DNA of 64,000 nt, from assembly GCA_963708135.1 (NCBI GenBank), contig OY970192.1:2560001-2624000 (forward strand), read 5' to 3'. This DNA comes from an uncultured Gemmatimonadales bacterium. GTDB taxonomy: Bacteria; Gemmatimonadota; Gemmatimonadetes; Longimicrobiales; RSA9. A model generated the notes under the pieces. It worked only from the letters and a program-made list of their open reading frames with translations, made no database searches and was not told where the DNA came from. Made by a program: the position numbers and the translations under genes. Numbering within the stretch: position 1 is the stretch's first letter; each line of letters opens with the position of its first letter. This document shows positions 18,959 to 29,855 of the stretch, one piece after another.

Positions 18959-20302
18959 TCAGAATCCCAGGCCGGGGATCCGCGGCATGCGGCCCCCACG
19001 ACCCGCTCCGAACCCACGCAGCTGCTTCATCATCTTCTGCATCTGCTTGAACTGCTCCATCAGCCGGTTCACCTCCGACACCGGCCGGCCGGAGCCGCGC
19101 GCGATCCGCGCCCGGCGCGAACCATTCAGGATCTCTGGCCTGCGCCGCTCCTGCGGCGTCATCGAGAGCACGATCGCCTCCACGTGCCGGATGCGCTTCT
19201 CATCCACGTTGGCACCCTTCAGCATCTTCGAGCTCACGCCCGGCACCATCTTCAGGAGCCCTTCCAGCGGCCCCATCTTCTGCATCTGCCGCATGACGCT
19301 CAGGAAGTCCTCCAGATCGAACTTCCCTTCCTTCGAGACCTTGCGCTCCAGCCGGCGCGCCTCGTCCTGGTCGAAGGCCTCCTGTGCCTTCTCGACCAGC
19401 CCCACCACGTCCCCCTGCTGCAGGATCCGGCCGGCCATCCGCGCCGGATCGAACACCTCCAGCCCATCCGGCCGCTCGCCGACCCCGAGGAACTTGATCG
19501 GCACCCCCGTCGTCCCCCGAATCGAGAGCGCCGCGCCGCCACGTGCGTCGCCGTCCATCTTGGTCAGGATCACGCCCGTCAGTCCGAGCGCCTCATGGAA
19601 CCCCTCGGCGATCCGCACCGCCTCCTGCCCGATCATCCCGTCCACCACCAACAGCTTCTCGGTCGGTTCCACCGCCGCCTGGACCCGCCTCAGCTCATCC
19701 ATCAGGTCGGTGTCGATCTGCAGCCGCCCCGCGGTGTCCAGGATCAGGGCCCGGCTGCGGTCCGCCCGCGCCTTCTCGACCGCCCGGCGCGCCAGCCCGG
19801 CCACGTCCGTCGTGCCGCGCTCCGTATAGACCGGCACGCCCACCTGTTCCCCCAGCGCCTCCAACTGGTCGATCGCCGCCGGACGGTACACGTCCAGCGC
19901 CGCCAGCATCGGAGATCGGCCCTCGCGCGCCAGCCGCTTGGCCAGCTTCGCCGCCGTCGTCGTCTTGCCGGAGCCCTGCAGCCCGGCGAGCAGGATCACC
20001 GTGGGCGGGATCGGCGCGATCCTGAGCCCATCCTTCTCTTCACCCAGCAGGTGCACCAGCTCGTCGTGCACGATCTTGACGATCTGCTGCCCCGGCGCGA
20101 CCGACTTCAGCACCTTCTCGCCCAGAGCACGTTCCTCCACGCGCTCCAGGAAATCCCTGGCCAGCCTGTAGTTTACGTCCGCCTCCAGCAGCACCCGCCG
20201 GACCTCACGGAGTCCTTCCCGGATCATCGACTCCGTGAGCATGCCGCGCTGCTTGAAGGGGCCGAGAACTCCGTCCAGCTTTTCGGAGAGTTCCTCGAAC
20301 AT
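18959..20302 (-). CDS. ffh: Signal recognition particle protein Ffh
   Basis: GLQGSGKTT, DTAGR, TKMDGDARGGAALS, Met-rich M domain. Confidence 0.97.
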   Translation of the reverse strand: MFEELSEKLDGVLGPFKQRGMLTESMIREGLREVRRVLLEADVNYRLARDFLERVEERALGEKVLKSVAPGQQIVKIVHDELVHLLGEEKDGLRIAPIPPTVILLAGLQGSGKTTTAAKLAKRLAREGRSPMLAALDVYRPAAIDQLEALGEQVGVPVYTERGTTDVAGLARRAVEKARADRSRALILDTAGRLQIDTDLMDELRRVQAAVEPTEKLLVVDGMIGQEAVRIAEGFHEALGLTGVILTKMDGDARGGAALSIRGTTGVPIKFLGVGERPDGLEVFDPARMAGRILQQGDVVGLVEKAQEAFDQDEARRLERKVSKEGKFDLEDFLSVMRQMQKMGPLEGLLKMVPGVSSKMLKGANVDEKRIRHVEAIVLSMTPQERRRPEILNGSRRARIARGSGRPVSEVNRLMEQFKQMQKMMKQLRGFGAGRGGRMPRIPGLGF

Positions 20303-20341
20303 CGCCTTTCCCGCTGCCGTCCGACCGCAATCGAGCCCGTA

Positions 20342-20370
20342 AATCTAGCCCATGGGCGCGCGCCGCTCAA
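20342..20370 (-). promoter_or_regulatory. Sigma70-type promoter of the ffh-rpsP operon
   Basis: TTGAGC-N17-TAGATT about 40 bp upstream of the ffh ATG. Confidence 0.6.
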
Positions 20371-20460
20371 GGGTGCGATGATCGGAGACGGGCGGCGCGA
20401 CGGCCAGGCGCGACGGGCTCCGTCGCCGGATCGCGACGGCCATGGACGGCGCGGGGCGGC

Positions 20461-21750
20461 TCAGCGGGTCGTGACGGGGATGATCTGCTCGCGGGCGGTG
20501 CCGACCGAGATGTACCAGATCGGCACGCCGGTGAGGGCCTCCAGACGCCGCAGGTAGGCGCGCGCGGCATCCGGCAGCTCCTCCTCGCCGCGCGCCTCGG
20601 CGGTGGAGGTGCGCCAGCCGGGGAGGGTCTCGTAGATCGGCCGGGCGCACTCGAGGACCGAGAGGTCGTCGGGGAACTCCTCGTGCACCTCGCCGCCGAG
20701 CTCGTAGGCGACGGCGATCTTGACCTCCGCGAAGGAGTCGAGCACGTCGAGCTTGGTGATGGCGAGGCCCGTGAGGCCGTTGATGCGGGCGCCGTAGCGC
20801 ACTACGACGGCGTCGAACCAGCCGCAGCGGCGGGGGCGTCCGGTGGTGGCGCCGAACTCGCCGCCCAACGTACGGAGCTGGTCGCCCAGGGGCGGCGGGA
20901 TCTCGGTGGGAAGCGGTCCGGCGCCCACGCGGGTGGTGTAGGCCTTGACGACGCCGAGCACGGCGTCGATCGCCGTGGGCCCAATGCCGACGCCGATGGA
21001 CGCGCCGCCGGCCGTCGTGTTCGAGGAGGTGACGAAGGGATAGGTGCCATGGTCGACGTCGAGGAGGGCGCCCTGGGCGCCCTCGAGCAGCACGTGCGCA
21101 CCGTCGTGCAGCGCGCCCGTGATCTCGCGGCCGGTGTCCGTGATCAGCGGGAGGAGCCGATCGCGCACGGCGAGCACGTCGTGGGCGACGGCCTGCGGAT
21201 CGAGCGGCTCCGCGCCGAGCGCCGTCAGCCGCTCGTTGGTCCGTTCGGTGGCGGCCCGCACCATGGCGTGGGCTCGGTCGGCGTCGCGAAGATCGGCGGC
21301 GCGGATGCCGCGGCGCGCGATCTTGTCCTCGTAGGCCGGCCCGATGCCGCGGCCGGTCGTCCCGATCCTGGCCTCGCCGCGTCGCCGCTCGCTGGCCTGG
21401 TCGAGCCGCTTGTGGTACTCGAGGAGCAGGTGCGCGCGGCCGCTCACCCCCAGGCGGGGCTCCGCGTCGACACCGCGCTGCTCCAGTCCATCGAGCTCCT
21501 CGAAGAACTGGTGCACGTCGAGCACCACGCCGTTGCCGAGCAGGCAGCGCTTGTCGGGGTGCAGGATGCCGGAGGGGATCTGGTGCAGGATGAACTGGTC
21601 GCCGGCGACGTGGACCGTGTGGCCGGCGTTGGCGCCGCCCTGGTAGCGGGCGACGATGTCGGCCTGCGCCGCCAGGACGTCGACGATCTTCCCCTTCCCC
21701 TCGTCGCCCCACTGCGTGCCGACGACCACGAGGCAGCGATAGCCGTTCAT
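20461..21750 (-). CDS. purA: Adenylosuccinate synthetase
   Basis: QWGDEGKGK, GGANAGHT, EGAQG, GATTGRPRRCGWFD. Confidence 0.98.
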   Translation of the reverse strand: MNGYRCLVVVGTQWGDEGKGKIVDVLAAQADIVARYQGGANAGHTVHVAGDQFILHQIPSGILHPDKRCLLGNGVVLDVHQFFEELDGLEQRGVDAEPRLGVSGRAHLLLEYHKRLDQASERRRGEARIGTTGRGIGPAYEDKIARRGIRAADLRDADRAHAMVRAATERTNERLTALGAEPLDPQAVAHDVLAVRDRLLPLITDTGREITGALHDGAHVLLEGAQGALLDVDHGTYPFVTSSNTTAGGASIGVGIGPTAIDAVLGVVKAYTTRVGAGPLPTEIPPPLGDQLRTLGGEFGATTGRPRRCGWFDAVVVRYGARINGLTGLAITKLDVLDSFAEVKIAVAYELGGEVHEEFPDDLSVLECARPIYETLPGWRTSTAEARGEEELPDAARAYLRRLEALTGVPIWYISVGTAREQIIPVTTR

Positions 21751-21793
21751 GCCGGAAGAGTAGCCCCCGCCCAGGGGCCTCGCAACGCGCGGC

Positions 21794-22972
21794 TCAGGCG
21801 CGCGCGGCCTCGGCCCGGAGCGCCCGCAGTGCCCCGCTCACCAGGGCCACGGTGGTCCCGCACCCTTCGCCCGTGAGCTGCGCGACGTGGTCGGTGGGAC
21901 GATGGACCCGTCGGAGGGAGCCGCCGTCGCCGCGCATCACCGTCACGGCCGGAAAGCCCGCCTCGACCAGTGGCACGTGGTCCAGCAGGATCCCGAGCGG
22001 CAGGTGCCGGCGGCGGGCGGGGATCCCGAGCGCCTCCGCGGCCGTGAGCAGCGCCGCCACGAGGTGCGGCGCGTAGCCGCGCCGCCGGATGCCGTGCCGC
22101 TCGATGATGTGGAACTCGCCCCGGTCGTCGAGCCCATCCAGGTTGATGACCCCGAACACCGGAGGCAGCTGCCGGCACGCCGCCCGCGCGCCGACCAGCC
22201 CGAGCTCCTCCCCTTCCGTGACCAGGAAGGCGACGTCGTCCCGGTCGCGCTCCCGCGCGGCCAGTGCCACCAGCGCCGCGACGCCGCTCGCGTTGTCCAG
22301 CGCCCCCGGCGACGCGTTTCCAGCCCAGGAGAAGAGGAGCACCAGCCCCGCCGCCACGCCGGCGCCGCCGAGCAGCCAGGCGGCTGGGCCGAGTGCCCAG
22401 CCGGCCGGGCCGAGCGCCGCGACGAGGCCGAGCAGCGCGAGCGCGCCCCACGCGCCCAGCGCGAGCGCCACGCCGCCGGCGCGCACGTGCAGCGGCACCG
22501 GCTGGGACTTGCTGTCGCGGTGGGCCGCGATGATGTAGCGCGGACGCGCGCCCGGCCGGTGCACGAGCCAGTTGGCGGCCTCGAGCCGGCCCCAGGGAAG
22601 CCGGGTCAGCCTGGGCGAGAAGACGGCGAGCAGACCCAGCAGCCCGCCGGCCAGCGCGAGCACGGCGAGGGCCGAACCGCCCCGGTGGAGCGCCGCAAGC
22701 CACGCCGCGCCGAGCGCCGAGATGACCAGGACCGCGCCCGCGGCGGACACCGCGTAGCGGCCGGGGATGGAGGAGAAGCCGAAGGGGAGCTCGTGGACCG
22801 TGTAGCCGAGCTTCTCGAAGCGGGCCCGCAGGTCGGCGCCGACCTCCTCGGCGCCCGCGCTGCCGGTGAGCCGCGGCCTGGCGCACGCCACGAGCACATC
22901 GCGGATCGAGGCGCGCTCGGCCGGCGGGCTGGGGTGGACCCGATCCTCGAGGTTCTCCGTGCCGAAGCGCAT
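21794..22972 (-). CDS. Membrane-associated M28-family metallopeptidase
   Basis: AHRDS, GALDNASG, GEELGLVG, INLD and DH metal-site motifs plus TM segments. Confidence 0.85.
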   Translation of the reverse strand: MRFGTENLEDRVHPSPPAERASIRDVLVACARPRLTGSAGAEEVGADLRARFEKLGYTVHELPFGFSSIPGRYAVSAAGAVLVISALGAAWLAALHRGGSALAVLALAGGLLGLLAVFSPRLTRLPWGRLEAANWLVHRPGARPRYIIAAHRDSKSQPVPLHVRAGGVALALGAWGALALLGLVAALGPAGWALGPAAWLLGGAGVAAGLVLLFSWAGNASPGALDNASGVAALVALAARERDRDDVAFLVTEGEELGLVGARAACRQLPPVFGVINLDGLDDRGEFHIIERHGIRRRGYAPHLVAALLTAAEALGIPARRRHLPLGILLDHVPLVEAGFPAVTVMRGDGGSLRRVHRPTDHVAQLTGEGCGTTVALVSGALRALRAEAARA

Positions 22973-23000
22973 GCCGCTGCCTTCCTCCCGGTCGCGTGGC

Positions 23001-23901
23001 CTACGGGCGCAGGAGCCCCGCTTCCTGCATCACGCGGGCCACGTGGGCCGTTTCCTTCTCCGAGAGGGAGGTCAGCGGCGGGCGCGGCGGACCGCCCGTG
23101 TAGCCGATGAGGTCGAGCCCGGCCTTCACGCCGCGGGCGCCGAAGCGCGCCACGACCTCCCGGTGCACCGGCGCGATCGTCTCCTGGATCTCGCCCGCGC
23201 GGCGGGTCTCGCCGGCCCGGAAATGCCGCACGATGGCCCCGCATTCGCCGGGCGCGAGCAGGCCCACCGCCACGATGCCTCCCGCCGCGCCGAGCTCGAG
23301 CGCGGCATAGAGCGATGCGCCGTTGCCAATGAACAGCCGGCAGGCATCGGCGCATACCGTGCTGTAGTCGGCGAAGCGCTTGAGGTCGCCGGAAGAATCC
23401 TTCAGGCCCACCACGTTCGGGTGCCGCACCAGCTCCGCCACCAGTCCGGCCTCCAGCGTCACGTGCGTGTACTTCGGGATATGGTAGAGGATCACCGGGG
23501 CCGGCGAGGCATCCGCCACGGCCAGGAAGTGGTCGCGCAGCGCCGCCGGCGGGAGCGACGCCCCGAAGTAGGCCGGCGGATGCACGAGCACCGCGTCCGC
23601 GCCCGCCTCCGCGGCCCGGGTGGCCAGGCGGACCGTCGCGCGCGTGGACTCCGCACCCGCGCCGGCCACGAGCGGCATCGGCCCCGGCACCGCGTCGCGC
23701 GCCCACTCGAGGAGGCGCACCTTCTCGTCCTCGTCCAGCAGGGCGCCCTCGCCGGTGGAGCCGTAGAGGACGATGCCGTCCACGGACGACTCCGCCCACC
23801 TGCGCAGATTCTCGCGGAAGCTCACCGGCGCGAGGTCGCCGGTGACCGGATCGAAGGGCGTCGTCACCGGCACGAAGACGCCGCCGAGCCACGCGAGCGT
23901 C

Positions 23902-23909
<8 letters not shown>
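23001..23909 (-). CDS. DapA/NAL-family aldolase (HOGA-like paralog)
   Basis: GSTGEG, PPAYF, YHIPKYT, Schiff-base KDSSG. Confidence 0.85.
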
Positions 23910-24966
<1,057 letters not shown>

Positions 24967-25152
24967 CGCTCACGCGGTGAGGGGGATTCCTACGGGAGCC
25001 GTCGGCCTCTGGCCGGCCGGTGCGGGCGCAGCAAAGTTAGCGCATCCCGGCCCCGCCGACCACTGTGCCCGCCCTCGCGGCGACGACGCCGCGCGCTTGC
25101 CGGCCGGGGAACGGACGCGCCGCCGAAAAGCCGCCCGGCCCCCCCCGCGCCA

Positions 25153-25854
25153 CTACAGCCGGTTCACGCGCAGCACGCCCTGGATCTCCAGCATTGCCGG
25201 CATCGCGCGCTCCCAGGCGTCCGCCGTCCCGCTGACGGAGTAGGAGACCGACAGCCCATCGGGCGACTTGTCGATGCGGTCCGATTCCACCCGGAAGCCG
25301 TGCTCGCGGAGCAGCGCCTCCAGGCGCGGGATGAGCTCGGGCTGGGGCAGCATGGTGACCTCGAGCGTGTGGTGCGCCGCCCGGTGCCGCCGGAGCACCT
25401 CCTCCACCCGGTACAGCGCGAGCAGGGCAATGATCACCAGCAGCGTGGTCCCGACCGCCTCGACGTACTCGTGCGCGCCCACCGCCATGCCGATCGCCGC
25501 CACCACCCACAGCGTCGCCGCCGTCGTCAGGCCGGTGATGCTCCCCCGCATCTGGAGGATCGTCCCCGCGCCGAGGAAACCGATGCCGCTCACGATCTGC
25601 GCGGCGATGCGCGTCGGGTCGCCCGGCGTCACCTGGCCGCCGGCGATCCGGGCCACCTGGATGGAGAGATCGGTGAAGAGCGCCGCGCCGACGCAGATCA
25701 GCAGGTTGGTGCGGAAGCCGGCGGGCTTGCCGCTGAGCTCCCTCTCGAGCCCCACGATTCCGCCCAGCACCGCCGCCAGCAGCAGCCGGCCGAGCAGATC
25801 CAGTCGCAGCCAGCCGGCGGCGGACAGCCAGTCCGTCGGTGGAGCCAGCATCAT
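25153..25854 (-). CDS. MgtC/SapB family membrane protein
   Basis: GLERE..KPAGFRT, DPTRIAAQIVSGIGFLGAG, GLTTAATLW. Confidence 0.93.
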   Translation of the reverse strand: MMLAPPTDWLSAAGWLRLDLLGRLLLAAVLGGIVGLERELSGKPAGFRTNLLICVGAALFTDLSIQVARIAGGQVTPGDPTRIAAQIVSGIGFLGAGTILQMRGSITGLTTAATLWVVAAIGMAVGAHEYVEAVGTTLLVIIALLALYRVEEVLRRHRAAHHTLEVTMLPQPELIPRLEALLREHGFRVESDRIDKSPDGLSVSYSVSGTADAWERAMPAMLEIQGVLRVNRL

Positions 25855-25916
25855 CGCGGCCTCCCCCCCGCCCCGCCCGGAGCCCGTGAGCCACGGGACC
25901 GGCTCCGTCCGGCGCG

Positions 25917-26630
25917 CTAGTCGTTAAGGCGTCGAAGTTCCTTCAGAAGGCCCGTCTTGCTCTTCGTGCGCTCATCCACCTGCTTGAGGACGCGGGCGGG
26001 CTGCCCCGCCGCGACCACGCTCGACGGAACGTCCTCCGTCACGACGGCACCCGCGGCCACCACGCTCCCCGTCCCCACGGTGCACCCCTCGAGCACCACC
26101 GCGTTCGCGCCGATCAGCACCTCGTCCTCCACCACCACCGGTCGCGCGCTCGGCGGCTCCAGCACGCCGGCCAGCACCGCGCCCGCGCCGATATGGCAAT
26201 CCCTGCCCACCTGCGCGCGGGCGCCCACCACGCAGTTCATGTCGAGCATCGTGCCCGCGCCAATGACCGCGCCGATGTTGACGACCGCGCCCATCATGAC
26301 GATCACGCGCTCTCCGATCTCGACCCGGTCCCGGATCACGGCGCCGGGCTCGATGCGTGCGTTCACCGTGCGCAGGTCGAGCATCGGGATGGCCGAGTTG
26401 CGCCGATCGGCGTCCACGTGGTGGTAGAGGATCTGCTCGCCGCCGCCCTCCAGCAGCGCCCCGATCCGCTCCCATTCCCCCACCAGGATCGTCGTCCCGG
26501 CCCCCGTGGGAAAGACCTGCACGTCCTCCTCCGGCTCAGCCCGCCAGCCTTCGGCATGCCGCACGAGCACCGTGACCGGCGTGCGCTTCCGGGCGTTCGA
26601 GATGAGATCCCGTATCTCCTGGTAGTCCAT
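25917..26630 (-). CDS. dapH: Tetrahydrodipicolinate N-acetyltransferase (DapH type)
   Basis: EI..ISNARKRTPV N-terminus, DRRNSAIPMLD, ARIEPGA, AGVLEPPSA, hexapeptide repeats. Confidence 0.9.
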   Translation of the reverse strand: MDYQEIRDLISNARKRTPVTVLVRHAEGWRAEPEEDVQVFPTGAGTTILVGEWERIGALLEGGGEQILYHHVDADRRNSAIPMLDLRTVNARIEPGAVIRDRVEIGERVIVMMGAVVNIGAVIGAGTMLDMNCVVGARAQVGRDCHIGAGAVLAGVLEPPSARPVVVEDEVLIGANAVVLEGCTVGTGSVVAAGAVVTEDVPSSVVAAGQPARVLKQVDERTKSKTGLLKELRRLND

Positions 26631-26691
26631 GCCCCCTCCTGCTCCGGCGCGGCCCCGGCCCCCCCCACCCTCGCGACTTCGATGTCGCGCC

Positions 26692-27489
26692 CTACAGCCC
26701 GAGCACCTCCGCCATCCCGTACCTGCCCGGCTTCTTCCCGACCACCCATCGCGCCGCCAGCAGCGCGCCCTCCGCGAACAGCGCGCGGTCCGCGGCCGCG
26801 TGCGCGAGCTCGAGGCGCTCGCGCCGCCCGATGAAGAGGACCCGGTGCTCTCCCACCACATCGCCTCCGCGCAGCGCGTGGAAGCCGATCTCGCCCTCCG
26901 GCCGCTCGCCCGTCCGGCCGCTCCGGCCGTCGCGCCGCACGTCGCCGAGGCTCTGCTGCCGCCCCGCAGCCACGGCGCTTCCCAGCGCGAGCGCGGTGCC
27001 GCTCGGCGCGTCCACCTTTCGACGATGGTGCGTCTCGACGATCTCCACGTCGTAGCCGGACGCCGGCAGCGCGCGAGCGGCACGCTCCGCCAGGCCGAGC
27101 AGCAGGTTCACGCCTATGCTGAAGTTCGCCGCCACGAGGACGGCCGAGCGCTGTGCCAGACGCTCCAGCGCCCCCTCCTCGTCTGCCCCCAGGCCGGTCG
27201 TCCCGACGAGCAGGGCCCGCCCCGCGAGCGCATCGGCGTGATCGGTGGCCAGCGCCCGCGTGGCTTCCGGCGCCGAGAAGTCGAGGACCACATCGGCGTC
27301 GCCGAGCAGCGCGTCGCCTTCCCGCAGCGGCAGAATGCGCGGGTAGCCGAGCGCCGCCGCCTCCTCGTCCGTGCGCGCCCCCTGCTCCAGCCCGCCCGCG
27401 ATCTCGAGGTCGGCGGCTGCGGCGGCGAGCGTGGCTAGGAGCCGCCCCATGCGCCCGCCGGCGCCGGAGATGACGATGCGCGTGGGCAC
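26692..27489 (-). CDS. dapB: 4-hydroxy-tetrahydrodipicolinate reductase
   Basis: GAGGRMG, GTTG, ETHHRRKVDAPSGTA. Confidence 0.97.
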   Translation of the reverse strand: MPTRIVISGAGGRMGRLLATLAAAAADLEIAGGLEQGARTDEEAAALGYPRILPLREGDALLGDADVVLDFSAPEATRALATDHADALAGRALLVGTTGLGADEEGALERLAQRSAVLVAANFSIGVNLLLGLAERAARALPASGYDVEIVETHHRRKVDAPSGTALALGSAVAAGRQQSLGDVRRDGRSGRTGERPEGEIGFHALRGGDVVGEHRVLFIGRRERLELAHAAADRALFAEGALLAARWVVGKKPGRYGMAEVLGL

Positions 27490-27490
27490 C

Positions 27491-28399
27491 TCAGCCCGTC
27501 GCCCGCAGGTCGACGCCCCGCATGGCCTCCACCAGCCGGGCCCGTGTCGCGTCCGTCGGCGCGACCAGCGGCAGGCGCAGCGCGCCGACCTCGAAGCCTA
27601 GCATGCCCACGGCGGTCTTGACCGGTCCCGGGTTCGACTCCGCGAAGAGCGCGGCGATCAGCGGCAGGTAGCGGAGCTGCAGGCGGCGGGCGGCGGCCGT
27701 GTCGCCGTCCAGGAAGTGGTGGACCATGGCGCTGGTCTCGCGAGGCGCGATGTTCGCCAGCACGCTGATCACCCCGCGGCCGCCGAGCGCGAGGATCGGC
27801 ACCACCTGGTCGTCGTTGCCGCTCCAGAGCGCCACCCGGTCGCCCACCAGGCGTGCCAGCTCGGCCACTTGCGAGATGTCGCCGGACGCTTCCTTCACGC
27901 CCAGCACGTGGGCGCCCGCAACCTCCCCGCCGTCCACCAGCTCCGCGACGGTCGCGGGCAGGATGTTCACCGCCGTGCGGCCCGGGACGTTGTAGATCAC
28001 GACCGGCAGCCCGCCCGCCTCCATGACCGCGCGGAAATGGGCGAGGAGGCCGCGTTGGGTGGGCTTGTTGTACGGCGGAGCGCTGAGGAGCAGCGCGTCG
28101 GCGCCGGCCGCCCCCGCCTGCCGGGCCAGCTCCGCGACCCGGGCGGTGTCGCTGCCGCCGCACCCGGCGATCACCGGCAGCCGCCCGTCGTTTTCGTCCA
28201 CGACGATCTCGACCGCCCGGCGCTGCTCCGCCGGCGACATGGTGGCCGCCTCGCCCGTGGAGCCGCAGACGACGAGGGCGTCCGTGCCCTCTTCGTGGTG
28301 GAAGCGGACCAGCCGGCGCAGCGCCGCTTCGTTCACGCCGTGCTCGTCGAACGGCGTGACGAGCGCCACACCGGAGCCGCTGAAGCGGGGATCGGCCAT
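27491..28399 (-). CDS. dapA: 4-hydroxy-tetrahydrodipicolinate synthase
   Basis: GSTGE, PYNKPTQRG, YNVPGRT, KEASG, ESNPGPVK; adjacent to dapB. Confidence 0.95.
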   Translation of the reverse strand: MADPRFSGSGVALVTPFDEHGVNEAALRRLVRFHHEEGTDALVVCGSTGEAATMSPAEQRRAVEIVVDENDGRLPVIAGCGGSDTARVAELARQAGAAGADALLLSAPPYNKPTQRGLLAHFRAVMEAGGLPVVIYNVPGRTAVNILPATVAELVDGGEVAGAHVLGVKEASGDISQVAELARLVGDRVALWSGNDDQVVPILALGGRGVISVLANIAPRETSAMVHHFLDGDTAAARRLQLRYLPLIAALFAESNPGPVKTAVGMLGFEVGALRLPLVAPTDATRARLVEAMRGVDLRATG

Positions 28400-28401
28400 C
28401 G

Positions 28402-28776
28402 TCAGAGGTTGTCGAGGTCGCGGATGTCCGACGCGGTCACATCGGAGGGCGAGTCGTCCGTGGCCAGGTCACGCTCCGTCGCCTCGCGGTAGTCCTCCTC
28501 CACGTCGTCGGAGCCCGTGGGGGTGAAGAAGGAGCGGAAGACCGTGTTGCCGCACTTTTCGCAGGTCAGGTCCTCCGGCGGCTCTTCCTCGTCGAACGTG
28601 TACTCGCGGCCGCACTCCACGCACACCTCAACGAGGATCCCCTCGCTCGGCTCGCCGACGCGGCCCGGCGTCTCGCTTCCGGCCTCCGCGCGGAGCTGGT
28701 GCGCCCGCAGCCCTTCGACGCTGCTCGTCTCGCCTCGCCGCTCCTCCGGCTCCCGTCCCGCCGCCTGGTCCGTCAT
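28402..28776 (-). CDS. Acidic zinc-ribbon protein, function unknown
   Basis: CVECG-x15-CEKCG with an Asp/Glu-rich tail; between trpS and dapA on the same strand. Confidence 0.75.
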   Translation of the reverse strand: MTDQAAGREPEERRGETSSVEGLRAHQLRAEAGSETPGRVGEPSEGILVEVCVECGREYTFDEEEPPEDLTCEKCGNTVFRSFFTPTGSDDVEEDYREATERDLATDDSPSDVTASDIRDLDNL

Positions 28777-28798
28777 GGCTCCTCCCGTTCCACGGCAC

Positions 28799-29779
28799 TC
28801 AACGCTTGAGTCCCATCCGGTCGCGCACCTCCCGCATGGTCTCGGACGCCCGGGCCCGACATAGCGCCGCGCCGTCGCCCAGGATCTCGTGCACCCGCTC
28901 CGGATGGGCGCGGTACTCGCCGGCCCGCTCCCGCATCGGCGCGAACGCGCCGGCGATGCTCTCCGCCAGCAGGGCCTTGCACTCCACGCACCCGATCCCC
29001 GCCGCCCGGCACTCCACGTCGATGCTGGCCACGCGCGCCGGTGCGGTAAAGAAGCGGTGCAGCGTGAACACGTTGCAGACCTCGGGCCGCCCCGGGTCGC
29101 TCCGCCGCACGCGCTGCGGGTCCGTCACGGCCGTGCGGACCCGCGCCAGGATCTCCTCCGGCGCGTCCAGCATTCCCACGGTGTTGCCGCGCGACTTGCT
29201 CATCTTGGCCTGGTCGTCCAGCCCGCGGATCCGCCCCGCATCCGAGACCACGGCCTCGGGCTCGGGGAAGAGCTCGCCGTACTGCCGGTTCCAGCGCCGC
29301 GCGATCTCGCGCGTGAGCTCCAGGTGCTGCACCTGGTCCTCGCCCACGGGAACCCGATCCGCTCGGTAGAGCAAGATGTCTGCCGCCTGCAGCACGGGGT
29401 AGTTGAGCAGCCCCGCCGGCACGGATTCCATGCCGGCCGCCTTGTCCTTGAACTGCGTCATCCGCTCCAGCTCGCCGAGCGGTGTGACCGTGTTGAAGAT
29501 CCATGCGAGCTCCGAGTGCTCCGGCACCTCGGACTGCAGGAACATGGTGCAGCGGTCGGGATCCAGCCCCGCGGCGAGGAAGCTCACCGCCAGGTCGAAG
29601 ATGCGCGCCGGCATCTCCGCCGCCTCGTAGCCGATCGTGATGGCGTGCAGGTCCACGATGCAGAAGATGCATTCCATCTCGTCCTGCAGCCTCACCCACT
29701 GCCGGAGCGCACCGAGGTAGTTCCCGAGATGCGCCTCGCCCGTGGGCTGCATCCCGCTGAAGACGCGCCTCTGCGACAT
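28799..29779 (-). CDS. trpS: Tryptophan--tRNA ligase
   Basis: SGMQPTG..HLGNYLG, YPVLQAADIL, VPVGEDQ, KMSKS. Confidence 0.97.
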   Translation of the reverse strand: MSQRRVFSGMQPTGEAHLGNYLGALRQWVRLQDEMECIFCIVDLHAITIGYEAAEMPARIFDLAVSFLAAGLDPDRCTMFLQSEVPEHSELAWIFNTVTPLGELERMTQFKDKAAGMESVPAGLLNYPVLQAADILLYRADRVPVGEDQVQHLELTREIARRWNRQYGELFPEPEAVVSDAGRIRGLDDQAKMSKSRGNTVGMLDAPEEILARVRTAVTDPQRVRRSDPGRPEVCNVFTLHRFFTAPARVASIDVECRAAGIGCVECKALLAESIAGAFAPMRERAGEYRAHPERVHEILGDGAALCRARASETMREVRDRMGLKR

Positions 29780-29855
29780 TGACCCTTCCCGTAGCTTTCG
29801 GTTCGATGGCTCGTAAGTTACCATGCCGCGAACCCGGAGCAAGCCTCGGAAGCCC

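Noticed and set aside
21794..22972. M28 peptidase as the missing N-acetyl-DAP deacetylase
   Set aside because: Known deacetylases are soluble M20-family enzymes; this protein is membrane-embedded with M28 motifs.
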